NCBI GenBank assembly: GCA_964187785.1
Contig: OZ076409.1
Span: 37,016,001 to 37,080,000 of the forward strand
Length of the DNA: 64,000 nt
From: Amphiscolops sp. MND2022
Lineage: Eukaryota
Direction of reading: 5' to 3'
A program made the position numbers and the translations under genes. The notes under the pieces were generated by a model that saw nothing but the letters and a program-made list of their open reading frames with translations, did not search any database and was not told the origin of the DNA. Below are positions 46,101 to 60,400 of this stretch, one piece after another. The stretch's first letter is position 1. Each line of letters starts with the position of its first letter.

Positions 46101-48199
46101 GACTGCATACGGGCTGGAGTGCCGTGCCTGGCAAACCATTTATTGAGGATAATCTTGGCAGTGGTTTGGGCATCATATTCATCGTGGGCACACGGGATAG
46201 CCTCGGCGAATTTCGTGAAGTGGTCTATTATGACCAAGAGACCGGTGTTACCCGACTCGGTTTTGCACAGTTTCAGATGGTCAAATTGCACCAGGTCGTT
46301 GAAGTTGCTGCTGTTGATGTTCTGCAGGGGGTAGCAGGGGTTTCCGGCAGGGTGTTTGGTTTGCTGGCAGGTTAGGCAGTGTTTAATGTGATTGACTATG
46401 TCACGCTTGATGCCCGGCCAAGTGTGGCGCTCTTGTACTCTTGCTAGCACCTTCCCTACGCCCTGATGTCCCGATTCGTCGTGCGCCCTATACAAGATCT
46501 CGTGTTGGTATAGTTGGGGCATTACTATCATGCACGGTCGCACGTGCAGCGCACGCTGTTGCGGGACGTAGTTGACGCAGAGGATGTCGTCCGGATTCAG
46601 GAAGAGCAGGTCTTTCTTTTGGTGGAAGTAGCGCCGCGCGAAGTCCTGCACGTCTTCGGGGAATATGGCGTCCTCCAATGGTTCGTCTTTCATGAGTTTC
46701 CTCAGCGCCAAGAGGTGCACGTCCCTACTCTGCGCTAAGTGCAGATCTTTGAGGCCGCGCCTAGTTAGAAAATGTTCTTGCAGCTCTGTCCCGACAGTCC
46801 TGAGGGCATGGACTTGTCTTTGGCACTCGGGTGGCATCCCTTCAAGCGCAGGGTCAGGTTCTCTAGTGTCTAGGCGTGCCGGTGGTGGCACTCCGGTTGT
46901 GATGCTGAGGATATGATTTGGTCGGTGATCCTCATCGATGGTGGGCGTCGTTTCCCACTGTACTTGAGGGTACCACGGGGCATCACTCGCCGAGGGCTCT
47001 TGCAAGCTCGTTTTGGGCCCCTTCCCCAAGATGTACAGCAGTGGGAGTTGGACTCGAGCTTCCGGTGGAAGCTCTGGGTGGTTTGGTATCAGGCGTCCGT
47101 GTTTATCGAAGTATGGCACGGTGGGAAGCGCTTCATAGTCCTTTTGGGTCATGAAGTTGAACCCCTCGCTCACTTCCGGTAATTTCTCAAGGATTTTCTC
47201 TCGGTGCACACAGTCGTTAGTCCGTTTGCTGAGGCCGTCCACATTCCGGTGCTGCGCGCGAGGTCGGTGGATCGTCTTGAAGTTGTACTGATCCAGACGC
47301 GCTATCCAGCGGCCTATCATGGCTTGGTCCATGGAGTATGTTTTAAGCCACGATAGGGCCTGGTTGTCCACGCGGAGCGTGAACTCTCGGCCTGCGAGGT
47401 ACGAATGGAACTTCTCGATGAAGTAAAACACTGCATACATTTCCAACTTGGGCGCTCCATAATTCAGTTGCGTCTTCGTCAGGGACTTGCTTCCGAAGAC
47501 TATTGGCCGTAGGACGGTTTTCCCATTGTGTTCTTGTTCCTGGTGCAGGATTCCAGCTATTGCCACTGCGCTAGCATCGGTATCGAGCACGAACCGTCCG
47601 TCTTCGTTTGGGGCTGCCATAGCGGTCGCGTTTGCTAGGGCCTCTTTCACGGCATCGAAGGCCTCTTGGTGTTTCACTTCCCAGTGGAAATGTTGATTCT
47701 TCTTGAGCAACTCCTGCAGGGGTTGCACCTTGGCAGCATGAAACGGCACAAAGTCCCGGTAGTAGTTCGCGAACCCCAGGAAGCTCTGAAGCTCCTCTCT
47801 GCTTCTCGGGGGCATCCATTCCTGGATTTTAATCACTGCCTCGGGGTCTGGCTTGATGCCTTCTGAGGATACCACCCGTCCCAGGTACTTTGTCTCCGTG
47901 CGCATGAAGTCGCATTTCTCGGCACGCATCTTGAATCCAGCCTCTCGGAGACATTCGAACACTTCCTTGATTCGTGCGATATGTTCTTCTATGGTTTCCG
48001 TGGCGATGACGATGTCGTCAATGTAAGCCATGACGACACTCCCGTGTCGCTGCTGGATCCGTTGCAGGGCTCGTGTAATGGAGCGCTGGAATGTGGCTGA
48101 AGCGTTGCACAGCCCAAAGGGCATGCGCCGCCATTCGAATAGGCCCAGTTCGCAGGCAAACGCCGTTTTCCTCCTATCGCGTTTCTTTAGCGGTATTTG
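43175..48199 (-). pseudogene. Gypsy Pol (RT, RNase H, integrase, long C-terminal extension ending in a macrodomain), with frameshifts at about 46070 and 44050
   Basis: MPFGLCNA and YIDD (RT); LDTDAS, NY...LE, DNQAL (RH); AHDESGHQG..CLTC, QFDH, SDN, GN..LER (IN); WRGPH (GPY/F-like). Three ORF pieces abut in shifted frames. Confidence 0.92.
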
Positions 48200-51100
48200 T
48201 CAGAAGGCCCACCCTAGGTCGATACTTGTAAAGATCTTCTCATTGCCAATCCGGGATAGACTTTCATCGATCCTGGGCAATGGGAACGCGTCCTTGACCG
48301 TCACGTCGTTGAGCGGCCGGAAGTCACAGCAGAAGCGAAGTTCGCCTGTTTTCTTCTTGACCATGACTATCCCGCTTGCCCACGGCGAGTAGGAGGGTTG
48401 AATTAGGCCAAGGGCCAACAAGTTCTGCACCTCTTGGTTGGCTTTCGCCGCCTTATCAGGGGACATGCGCCGAGCGCCTTCTCTGTGCGGGATAGCCTCT
48501 GGCTCTAGTTCTATGCGATGTTTCGCTATTTTGCACCTCCCTATGTCAGCCTTGTGCTTCATGAAAAGATCATCGTACTCACTCAAGACGCTTGCTAGTT
48601 GATTTCTCGCCCCCTCCCCCCATGAAGAAAGGACGGAGGAGAGGTGTGGACCTGGTATAGGTTTTAGTAACTGTGGGTCTGTCCTAGCATGCTTCTCACT
48701 TTCCGACAACCCTTCCTCGGACATCTCAGTAGAGGACAAAAAGTTTTGAGCAAAAGAACTGAATTCCGAACTCGTCTCGCTCAACCACTCATCTGTATAA
48801 ACTCTATTAACTTGTTCAAACAAAGATTTATCAATTTCGGTTGCCGTATTGGCAGCCACAGGTTGCAACACAAAGTTTGTAGGTTCTGCCTTACCAAGGA
48901 CAGTTTTGGTTGGAATAGTTACGTTTTCGAAGGCGGCAGTGTTTCGTACGGCTATGAAAACAATGCCCTCGTCTCCAACAGACGTCAATGTATCTTCTGA
49001 AACAAAGGGGCACCGTTTAGTGGGCGCAGGTTGTTGTTGGTATGCCGCTGGTTGGGGGGGCTGCTGCTGCTGCTGCATTTTTTGGGCCGGCAGGGGTGCT
49101 GCCGGACATTGATTAGGTTGTGTGATGTTGGCCTGTTGTTGTGGAGGGGGTATCATTGGGTAGTTGTCCGAGCGAGCGGAGCCGCGCATGCGTAAATATT
49201 GTTGTATCGTGAAGCGAAGGGCTTCCACTGTCGGCGGAGCCTCCACGTATTGCTCCGGTGCGTACATCAGCGCGAGGTTTCTTTTCAATTCAAAGTTGCG
49301 TACTCCCTCGATGAATCTTTGCATGATTTCGTATCGACGAACCGTTACCTCCTCATTAGGGTAACCCTGGCTACGCAAGCCCTCGAGGGCATCAAGGTAT
49401 TGCATGTAGTCCTCTTCGCTATTCTGATTGCGGGTTCTGAATTGCTGCTGGATGTGGATTTTGCTGGAGCCTGTCCCAAAGCGACGCGCCAACAGTGCGA
49501 ACACTTTCTCATCCGTGTCCCTCTCGGCCTCGGACTTGTTCGTGATGTAGTCTCTGGCTTCATGCTCCAGATACTCAATTATCGTCCATGCTTTATCAAG
49601 GGGGGTCGCCTTCGGGTGTGCTTTTTCCAAGTGGCGTTTCATCAGCATCATCCACCCATCTGCATTTCCGTCTCGGGTTCCTCTGTACTTCGTGGGTTTG
49701 TTTTTAGACTCTTTGACGGCGAGCAACGGCTCCAAGCCTTTAGACATAGCTGTGGATATTGCTTCTGCTAGTGCCTGTCGTTGGGAAGTCCTCGGCGTGT
49801 CCGGGGCCTCTTCTGCCACCGAGGGCATCTCTTCCACGTCGCTATGTTCGCCTTTGCCTTGTTCTAGGTTCCGCTTGGTTGTCACATTGCGCTGGGTGCT
49901 GGTGGCCACTGGCCGCGGAACAAAGTCCCTGAACGTCTGCGTTCGCGCATGTAGGCGGAATGTCGCGCTGGAATTGGCCGTATAATAGCTGGTCCTGCGG
50001 GTGTTCATTTCGTCGGCAACGGAGTGGAAATCGCCCGAGGCCGTTGCCCCGCGGGCGTACTGGTCGAACGACGGCGGGTCAGTCATGGGGTCTGTGCCGG
50101 CGTCTCGTGACTCTGCGTGGGCTACCTTAGCCATTTTACTAGCTTTCGACGGGTCACGCCTGTACGTCGCGGGTGGAACTAGTTTTGGGGGCCTAGCAGG
50201 CTCCGCTGTGTGCTGTGCCACCGTCCGGTAGGGAGGTTGGTGAGCTGCACTTGTAGAGGGCACATCGGCTTGCTGGTATTTTTGGGGCGCCCGTGACGCT
50301 GTCTGTGCCTGCGGTGCTGGGGTCTGTGACACAATTGCTTTCACGCCTAGCGTCAAATCTTGCATTGCCATCATCAAGTCCGCCATGCGGACATTGGAGT
50401 CCATGTCGCGGCGCTGCATTGTGTTCGTCATTGCCTTCATGCGTTCGTCGGCCTGGCGGTCTCTTTCTCTCATTACTGCAGACATCTCAGCCAAGCGGGC
50501 ATCTGCCGTGGTCTCTCTCTGTTTAATCAGATCGTTGAGAGACGCCATAGACGCCTCCATTCGGCCTTGATTCTGTCTTCCTTCCGCTTGAATTTCCAGA
50601 AGACCTCTTCGCAGCTCGTCCATGTCCCTCATTATCATGTCGGCGCGCATTTCATGTTCGTTGTTTTCCCGCGCCAGCTTCGTCTGGACTTGGGCTAGCT
50701 GAGCTAGGCTACTCTGAAAGTCTTCTCGAATTGTTTGCGCTTCCTTTCTTGCTTTGGTTATCGTTGAGTCAGGTTTGGTGTCGGCGCTGGCTTGAGAGCT
50801 TGGCGTGTGGGACGTTCGGCTCACATTCGCGTAGTTAACCTTTGGACCCGCCGAGGGTGGCGTTCGAAAAACGTATCTTAACGGATTCTCTGTCATGGTT
50901 GTTTTCAAATTCTCGGCCGGCCTACTGGACGCTTTCGCCGGTGCTCCCGGTAGCGCATATCCGCTCCGAAAGGGATTCCCGCCTATGCTATTGGTCATCT
51001 CCTGGGAACCCGAGGGGTTCCTCTCGACAACCGCCGGCCGTCCGTGGGTCCACCTGTGGAGTCGTTAGAGTGTCATTTTGTTCATTGGGGGTGTCAGCAA

Positions 51101-51608
51101 TGCTGGGCTCGGATGTGGGCCCTTGGTTGGAGTTTGGCCAATTTTCCAAGCTGTAGTCAGTGACTTCCAGCGGAGGCCATGTGTTTCTTTGCATGGTGGT
51201 TTCAGCACCATCCTGTGGATTGGTGCTGTCGGGGGAGGCTCGCGAGGAGTTAGGCTGGCTGGTGGCAACGGCTATCTCCGCGTTTTGCTCCTGGCTCGGT
51301 ACGTAGTCAGACATGACTGCTGAAAACATGGCTACTATGGCGGAATCTAGTCTACATTCGTTTTGCTCGGTCGTGGCTTCCGTTCCCCTTCTGAAAGGAT
51401 TTGTGGCGTGGAGATCGCTTATGGTAGCGTTAGCTTCGCGTCGTTCCATGGCCACGGGATGAGATATTGTAGCTCGCGCTGCGTACGAAGTTTCCACGCG
51501 GTACGCAACAAGCAAATTTTTTTTTTGATTTCTCTCTACTCCCTTCCCCCCGCAAAACAAGTGGTAAATGATGGAGTGAGAAGGGTTTGCTTTGGCTGAA
51601 TGACTCAA
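48200..51608 (-). pseudogene. Gypsy Gag plus the start of RT; frameshift near 51000, premature stop at 48200-48202, protease missing
   Basis: Capsid-like region KPTKYRG..DGW...YLEHEARDY...QFRTRNQ..E...YL. RT start PWASGIVMVKKK..LRFCCDFR..IDLGWAF ends at TGA replacing the expected Trp. No D[TS]G protease motif or CCHC knuckle between Gag and RT. Confidence 0.85.
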
Positions 51609-54568
51609 AGGGGTACTATCTAAACTGCACTAACTAACTAACCTACTAAACTATTCGGCGTGCCTAGCCGCTCGGAGTGGCCGGTCTCTTGTGTATTGAG
51701 GTTGAGACCTACTATGTGAGCTCGAACTCCTTCCTGCACTCTCGGAGTGCACTAGGCACACTATCGTTGGTTGGTTTAACTAAAATTTCGTTTGCTTTTC
51801 GGTCACTTAGGAGAAGGTTTGGCTTTCTTAGCAAAATTTTTTCAGTTTTTTTTTGCGATCACAACTACAGATTACTACACACTAAGTTGACTTCTACTTT
51901 TAGGTGACCGCAGGCCTTGCTGCTACCGTTAACTGAAAACTATTGGGTTAGCTTCAAACTCGTCGGCGGAGATTTCTTTTTGTATCCCCCGCGCAGAGCG
52001 CAGTGGGGGTCACTTTAGGTTGTTTTATACGTTTGTACGACAAGGTTGATTCGGGAACAATGGATGGGCGATGGACGGGGAATGATCTGGGGATTGATTA
52101 GGAAGGTGGGGGTTGAGTATTGAGTGGTACCCTGGTCTATGGCCTCACGGCTCGTGGGTAAAACAGTTTACAACGATATGGGTGGTCTCTTCTGTACTTG
52201 TTCTACTTTCTCTACGTATCCCGCAAACCTGGTCTGTGACTGCTTTGGTGCTCCCGGGCACACTCTCGCACCCTCAGGGTACACGAGGCGCAGAGTACAT
52301 GTGGTTATAGCGAGCAAATTGCACCTAGGCGACTTTGGTGGCGGGCAAGAAACGAATTTCGGTTTTTAGGGTTACCGTCTCTTAGTCTCGTAGAGTGTTT
52401 AGTGGGAGGTCGCTGGTCTTGGGGCCAACCCTACGCGGATTTTGTAAGTTCAGTGAGCCGTGTGGGATTTGCTTGATGCGCTAAACAGGTCGTTTCAGCC
52501 CTGAGTGAGGCACGTCAGGACTAGAAGTGCGCGGGTTTTCAGTCAAAATTTGCCCGAAACGCTGTTTTTCTCGTCAAGTAGTACCTCCGGGGAAGGTGAA
52601 AATCACTTCTAGTGCTGCTAGCGACCTGAAAATTTCACACCGTCTATTATACTGGCTAAATCGTGAGGAATTAATCTCCGATTGCGCCAAAAAGGACCCA
52701 ATGGTTGTTACGGCCACTTAACAATGTTTACCGAAAAATTGACTATGTGGTGAAATTCGCAAAAAGTGGTGTAACTCGCGTCCTAGGCGTCCCAGCTACC
52801 TGAAATTTCGCATGCGAGCGTAACTTATGCCCACGCAACGGAAAAATCCGGCGACGAGGTGCCTGGATCAATATCGGGCGATCCGAAGTGACAAAACCTT
52901 GATGTACCAGAGGTACCACTTTTTCGGGTCAAAATTCACAAAAATGTCAATTTCTCAGCTTCGGCTGGTAGTCGGCTGCTCAAATTGCACAAATCGTCGG
53001 GATTTGGTACCCCGAGGACGAAAATAGAAAAATTAGGGTGCCGGGATATCCCGGAGATATCACACCAGGCTCAATCAAATTTTCGATTTTTCGGCAATTT
53101 GGTACACTTTCTGAACAAAACTGCGGCTAAGTTATCTCTGCGGGTATTCACAGTAGGGCTATCAAAATCACGCTACTAGCGTAACGTTTTGCGCTCTACA
53201 CGATTGTGCAATCCGTTTTTAGCTCTTCCTGTTAGGAGAGATTTCAACTTGTTGAAAGTACGAGGTTGCCGAATTCCGAAATTGACGCAAAAATTGTGCG
53301 TTTTCGACTATTTCTCAACAACCACTGCTCAGAATTGCTTGTGGTTTTCGGCGTTTGCAACGTTACGCTCTCTATTAACTGGAAATAGGCAAGCGAAACC
53401 TGGTAGGTTTCAAACAAGGTCTCTCATAAAATTTCTCGATTGCACTTTTTACACCCTCGGGACAGTACTGAAAATACGTGTTTTCGTCAATAACCCGATG
53501 TTTTTTCGGTTCTCTGGTGTTCCGTTTGGTTTTATTAGTAGAGTTAGGACACGTAATAACTTTATTCAGGGGGCTGGGGTAGTTGCAATAATTAATTTGA
53601 TTTCAATAACACTCAGATCTATGGGGGTCCTTCACTCAGGTCTATTTTAATGAAAGAAAAGTGATGTTAAAAGTTCAATTTATATTGGGGGCAGTCAAAA
53701 ACCGTCTTGGTAGTAGTATTGCGTACTACCAAGCTCAACAACAAAATTTTTGGGCCGTTCAAGAGGCTTGGGAACAAACGCCCAAGGCTTCGCCCTTACC
53801 AAAATTGGTCAAAATGGCCAATTTTGCCGACTTTTAAACAAAATTTGCTGAATTTTTCATGTTTTTCAAAAAACAGCCCAACAAAAAATTTTGTTCTCGA
53901 CTTGGTAGGTCTGACAGAACGTTTTTCAGGTATTCCCATAGGCCGTATACAATTCTACAAAATTCTGGCTTCCAAAACGGGAAAATTCGATATTTGAGCT
54001 ATTATTAGTGTTATTTTTGATGTTTTCGAGCTCAAACTTTAAAATAATTGATGCAAACACCCTGTGGGTATTTTTCTCAGTTAGTTTATGCAAAAACAGG
54101 CCTGGGAATACTAGTTTTGGGCTAGAAAACGTAAAGGGAACGAAATAACCCAGTTGTCTTCGGTGAATCGGCACCAGGTGGGGAGGAAGAGGCTATGACG
54201 TGAAGCACCTGCAGTCCTGCACTCAGCTAGCTCGGGTCTTCACGAACCGTCCTCACAGTCCCTGTACATTGCCAATTAGCTGAAAAGAAGCTGGAAAACC
54301 CGTTAAAACACGTTCCGGATAGGCCGGAATAGCTCTTTTAATAAGTACAGATAAGGTGCAAGGGGGTACTCTGTTTCAAACTGTCTTTTTCAGGCTGGAG
54401 ACCTCGGAAACATGCAGGAAACGCAGGAAAAACACTAATACAAGGCCCAAAGGGTTAGAAAAAAGCAGTAAAAGCAATCTAGGACCATCCCAAAAGCTTC
54501 TCCTAGATCCGGACCTTACAGGGCCGGAAAGCAGGAGTTGCTCCTCGCAGGACGCGGTAAGGAAAATT

Positions 54569-54586
54569 ATCCCTCTGTGGTCGCCA
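54569..54586 (-). promoter_or_regulatory. Primer-binding site (tRNA-Arg-like)
   Basis: Minus strand TGGCGACCACAGAGGGAT. Its complement ATCCCTCTGTGGTCGCCA looks like a tRNA 3' end with CCA, resembling metazoan tRNA-Arg(UCG). Confidence 0.75.
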
Positions 54587-54602
54587 TAAAAACTATTCCA
54601 GA

Positions 54603-55321
54603 TGTAACGTCCGGCTAGCGGCGCACATCTCGGAAGTGGGACAATGCCTAGGGTGCTTAAACAGGAGACCGTTGTCTTACTACACTCCTAGACATTGGCT
54701 TTTCTCCCAAAATGGTCTCCATGGGGGACTTTTCTAACGTCTAAGGAGGCTCCTCTAGTTAGAGCTCCGAGGCGACGTGCCGGCACTCTCAAAGTCCGGA
54801 CACGCCCCACAAGCCTGTAAAAACGTTCCTACACAATCCTAAGCCTTCCTACGACTTCCTACATACTTCCGAGGTCCAAAAAGTGTTTATCCAAAAAATA
54901 CCATTTTGACAGTTAAGGATATGAAATGCTGACCTAGAAGGTCAGGCATAAGCGAAACAGAAAAATATATTACGAATCAACAAATTAAGGGGGACGAGCC
55001 CCAAAGGGGAGTACAGTTACTGTTTGTAGGTTTTCGGGAATCCAGTCATGTCATTCTGGAACGGTTTTGCATTCTCTCCCTGAGGGATGGCATAACACCG
55101 GGTAGCACTCGTCACATTCGGCTCTGTGCGAATCTTCGTGTCAATAGTCATTCTGCTCTCTGATTCCTTTCTTCTTTGCTCTTTTTTTGCGTGTTCTCTC
55201 TCTTTTTTTGTTTCCTTTTTGGTTTCAACGACCTGCCAGGTCGGCCATTTTGATTCGCACACTTTCTGGTTCTTGATCGAATTTTTCATCGAAAATTTGG
55301 TGCTGACTGGTGGACGTTACG
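54603..55321 (-). repeat. 5' LTR of the large gypsy element
   Basis: Direct repeat of 37411-38129, on the PBS side. Confidence 0.96.
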
Positions 55322-57438
55322 TCAATTTGAAATGAATATAGAATCACTTCAAATGAATATCGCAGAATGAGAACAAACGTGGCTGTTGTCGATCGCAAAA
55401 GGATTGTTCGTCACGGATGAAGTTTTCTTTTTCACTGCATACTAAACGAGTATATTCTCAGCTATTGATTCATTTAAATTTGGAATTAAATTCATATGAA
55501 GTGAAATTGTATGGCCTCGTTTTCCGTCGTTCGCAGCTAGATCACACTTAAAATGATATTTCACTCAATGTGAAAATATGAAGCGACGCTATGGTTAGGA
55601 TACGACTCAATTTTATTGGTCAATTCACTTGATGCGTAAACATGCTTCATTCAAAGTAAAATTGGTGTATGACTCGCATGTTTACCATAAAATATTGTAG
55701 TAAAACTGAGTCTTTTTCGAATGGAAATGAACTTAGACAGTTTATGCTAAAGGTGGAACTGGAGATCACTACATCTTAACCTCCAGCATCGAAAACCGAT
55801 ATATTGAAAATTTTTGCATACGCAAACTATAACGATGTTATCAAAGTGTTCAAATTCTTCCTATTCTAGCATTCAATATTTTGTTACAGCTATATCTCTA
55901 TATCAGGAAGACTTGTGCTTCATACGAGATCAACCATCAATAAATCAGCATCAGATACCAAATATTGATAGCTGTGCTCACGTTTTCGATAGAAATTGGT
56001 TACATTGATTTAAACGCAGCTAACAAATTCATCAACCTGAGCTTTAATTGACTAAGTTATGCTAATTTACCATGTATGGAAAGCATGTGAACCATATTAA
56101 GGCCATTGCATGATTTGAATGTTTTTCCTCTTGTATTGGTATTGTACGACTCAATTGATTTCATTCATCACCAAATATGATTATCATGATCTAGATGTTT
56201 TTTGCATGAAGATCAACCTCGGAGCTAGTGAACCTAAGTTTTTCCATTTAGATCACATTCAAGCCATTCAAGAGTTTATTCGTTCAGATTTTACACTTTT
56301 GCTCCACCATGATTAGAGATCAATTCGGCAAAGTTCCCGAATAATTCTCAGTACTAACGCTTGTTTTCAATTCAAATCTCATTTGGACCCTAATGTCAGA
56401 TCTCATTGGCAGGGTGTTAGCCTGAGGTCCAAATTATGAAAACAAAACAACCTGATAGTTTGTATCACTAGTTTCTAAAAATGATATCAAAAAGTTTCAA
56501 CGATTTATAAATTATATTATATAATTATAAATTATAATTTTGCAAAGAAATTGATAGCTACTTTTTCCGACACTTTAGAACGATATTTAAAAAGATGCAA
56601 AGCTACAACTTGCACTTCATGTAGTGTAGCTTACTAATTTGTCGCTGAACGCTATGCATATTTATACGCACAAACACAGTCAATGACTGCATCACACTGC
56701 CAAAAACGTTCCGCAATCTTTAGACAGCTTTTGAATTGCAAAAAAATTCAAGCTCCTCTTTGAAATGTATGCTAAGTAGCTTTATTTTGAAATCTGTGAC
56801 ATTACACTCCAGCAGAACCATTCAAAAAGTGTATCAAAGTTGCACCAAATTATCGACTTTTTCGAACATTGAACAGTTTTGGACATTTCTGGCTTGAAAA
56901 ACGTCGAAGTTCGTTATTAAAAAGTATGCTAGGTAACTTAATGTTCCCGTGTTGACCTGGCATGTAGTTCATACCTTGTTTCTGTTCAGTATATGGAAAC
57001 TAGTTGCAATGAATGAAAAACATTTCATGACCTTTGAAAAGGCCTGAAAATAGGCAAAAGAAAATTACCCAAAATTTGATAGTTTCAACGAGCTATATTT
57101 GCACATCGAATAACAGAATGACTTCCTGATTGCAAGCTATCGACTTTTGAAAACTGGAAAGTGATTCGAATATTCAATTTCATCATTTTTACAGGTGCTT
57201 TTTTGGGCTTCAACATCAAAATATCATTTTACAGACAAAAATCGCTCTCCAATTCCTGTTTAACCCACTTTGAATAAGATCGTGTTGTGGGAAAATGTTT
57301 GAGTTATTGTAGCCAATAGTGATAGTGTATTTTTTGATCACGGAAGTATGATCACTTGTTTTGAATCAGCGGAAATTCTCCCATAACTTCAAACATTTGC
57401 TTCTATACTGTTTACTCTTTTCATCGATGTACCTCAGA

Positions 57439-60400
57439 TGTTGTATAACCATATTACAACGGAAAATTGACTTCTCTAAATCAAGTTGAGTGCTTTTAGA
57501 AGTTGAATAATTATTCGGGTTTCATCACGGACTCGTAATTTTTTTGGGAATTTTACATTTTACAACTTAAAATTATCCCACGGACAGGCCGACTGTTCAA
57601 ACGCGTTAGCTACTAGAGTCAGCCTTTACATTTTGGTGCCGCGAAGGTTGCGTTTTGACTGACTATCTTTGACGCCTTAAACAGGAGTGAAACTCTTATT
57701 TAACTGGACCTTGCATTCACGTCACAGGATACCTGATTCGTTGTCCATCGGGTTAACGAACTTATTACACAGCAAGTGGTTTAGCAGAAGTTACTGTACA
57801 AAATTTGTTGTTTTTCGGTGCATTGAAGAATTCATCCAACTACGCAGAATGGAAAGAGCACGAATTGCGGTTTGCTAAAATAACTGAAGCAATAGCACCG
57901 ATATATTCAGAGTTCGAGGATCGAGGAAAGTAAAACTAAAGGCAAAAAGAATAAGCCAAGCATATCGGTAGTCTCTTTCAGGAATACGACAGATTGATTT
58001 ATTGATCAGAACGCGAATGTGAAAGTTGCATTCTCTTGCACCAAGATAATTATCAGTCTGAGCGTCCCGAGGTAATGCAACGTCGGACGAGTGGTCTCAA
58101 ACATCTTTTCAAAGAGTGTCAAGCAATGCTTTTGATACACAGAAGTTTTTCCATAGTTCGACAGCTGTTTGAAATAGGTTTTTGTGATTGTCCGACACGT
58201 TATACAACGCTCGCAGCCAAATTCAAGACGAAAGAGTCAAGACGGCGTCATTATTTGCGCAAGGCGCTAGATCAACTAACGTCAAATCAGCTTTAGCAAA
58301 CGTTGGAGAGATAAAAACCGTATCGGACAAAGCTCTGAAAGAGCAACGAACATTGATGAATTTTGCCAAGCAGGACTTCTTTTCACCGAAGGAAGCCTTT
58401 CTAGCTGAAGTTGAGAGAACTTCAAAAAGTTGCATTTGAATGGATTGGTTACTCAGATTCGAACAGCAATGAAACGAACGCACTATCGATTCGAATAGGC
58501 TGCTGAAACAGTAGTCCAAGTTCTGAAAAACACGACCTTTCGCCTATGACTGAAACAGATCAGGACAAACGCAAGAAAAAGGCTGTAAGCAAATAGGATC
58601 AGAGCTTGCAATTATTGAAAAGTCTCAAAGGCACATTATCACGAGACGAAGCTAATAAATACGAGGGAAGCATGACAAGGTACGGGGGGGTGGCGCCAAC
58701 CAACGTGTGTCAGGAGCTGAAGCGATCCGCCAGTAATATTCTATCCACAATGACAAGTGCTGCCAGTGAGCTTTCGAAGTATCAACATCCAAATAATGGT
58801 TCTCGATCTCCATGACACTGTGAACGTCGTCGACTTGAAAGTCGAGCGAAACTTCTGGAGCAAGAGTCAGGAATGGCGATTGCAAAAAAGAAAAGAGAAC
58901 TTGAGCTGAAACGCAAACAGCGACAATTGGAAATGGGAGCAATGCAAGATGCAACGGAGTTGGCCAATTTACGGGATCAGATATGCCTAAAGATGCAGGA
59001 AATGAAACTACAAATCCAAGAAGCAGAAGGCTTTTGCCCTGGGTCAACAATTAGTCCCTGCCTGATATCTTTACCTTTCGATGAGGAAAAAGAGCAGTAA
59101 TAAAACCTGGATGAATCAAAACAGCAATGTTATAGATTTTTAGAATCAAAAATCATCAGAATCAACAATGCAGTGACTACAGGAAAAACAAAACCTGCGC
59201 GCATGGGCGATGCAGTGGCCTCACCGAGTAGACGACAACCCTTAAAAGTAGATGAACGGAAGGAGCTTTCTACCGAACGCAAGGGCAAAGAGTGCAGCAA
59301 CAGGGATGATAGAAGCGAAAGTCGTTCAAAGTCAAAAACATTCTCACCGAAACAACATCTCAATGCCAACTGCGAAGTCCCAACAGAGTGTCACGTCTGG
59401 TCTCAATGCCGATCTATCAAGCTGGCCTGCCCCAACTGACAGTTCAAACATCTAGTCCACCAAAATTCAAGATGACTGAGTTTGCAGGTGCTCCTCTGGA
59501 GTAGCCCGAATGGTCCAGTCTCTTTATTGCAGTTATTAACCATGCGTCAATCGACGACAATGCGAAAACTAGCCATTTAAAGACGTCGATGAAAGGTACA
59601 GCCAAAGCTGCCATAGCAGGTTTGATTACTGTGGGAACATATATCACACTAGCTGGGACACGTTATGCCGCAACTCTGGTCGACCTCAGACAGTAGTTAA
59701 TGCACAAATGAAACTCCTCCACCCAGTCATCAAATCTCACGACTCGGTAGCTATTATAATTTGTTCCCAACTCATAACAACGTGTGTTGGTGTCTTTAAT
59801 CACTATGGATGCACTTGTGATCTTAGCGCGGTGTCAGTTTTGAACAGCGCTGTACGAAAGCTACCACCAGAGTTTAAAACGAAATGGCTGTTTTATGCAA
59901 AAGGACAGAAATACCAAACAGCAAACTGAAGTAAATTTTGTGAGTAGTTGAACGACGTTGCGTTTGTTCATGATGAACTGCTGAATGAATTGAGACAAAG
60001 CAGCAACATGGAGCCGTTCACGTCGACCGACCAAACAGAACAGCAAGATGGATCATCCAGTAACGAGACTGGGTTGTTCACATTTGATTCTAGCCTAAGG
60101 CTCCTTTTAAATGTGTTGTCTGCGCCAACGCCCATGGACTATGGGTCTGCGATGTTCTCAAGAAATTCACTTCATTGACCAGTAGAAACAGACGAAGAAG
60201 AAAACTTATGACTCCTATCTTTCCGTTAGGGACAAGCTGTGAAGGATTGCAAGATGAAAGTTTGTAGCATCGACTGCTGCAAAAGGCGTCACAACAGATT
60301 GTTGCACCGACCAGAGATGAACAAAAGCCCTAAAAGGACGTCAACAGAGACTGTAGAAACCCAAGAAAGGGTAAGTTTGAACACTTTCGGCATCCTACTT

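Larger units (their letters stand above)
37411..55321 (-). mobile_element. Large (17.9 kb), recently inserted Ty3/gypsy LTR retrotransposon with an extra 3' ORF
   Basis: 719-bp LTRs (37411-38129, 54603-55321) with about 5 differences seen by eye. Termini TGTAACGTCC...GGACGTTAC(A/G). Minus-strand PPT CCCGGGGAGGA abuts 38129. tRNA-type PBS. Gag-RT-RH-IN order. Flanks CTCA and (G)TCA give an imperfect TSD. Confidence 0.96.

Noticed and set aside
38764..51599. Numerous plus-strand ORFs antisense to the gypsy genes
   Set aside because: Expected shadow ORFs of GC-rich coding sequence, with no independent motifs.
56503..56541. A/T-only quasi-palindrome
   Set aside because: Low-complexity sequence expected in an AT-rich genome.
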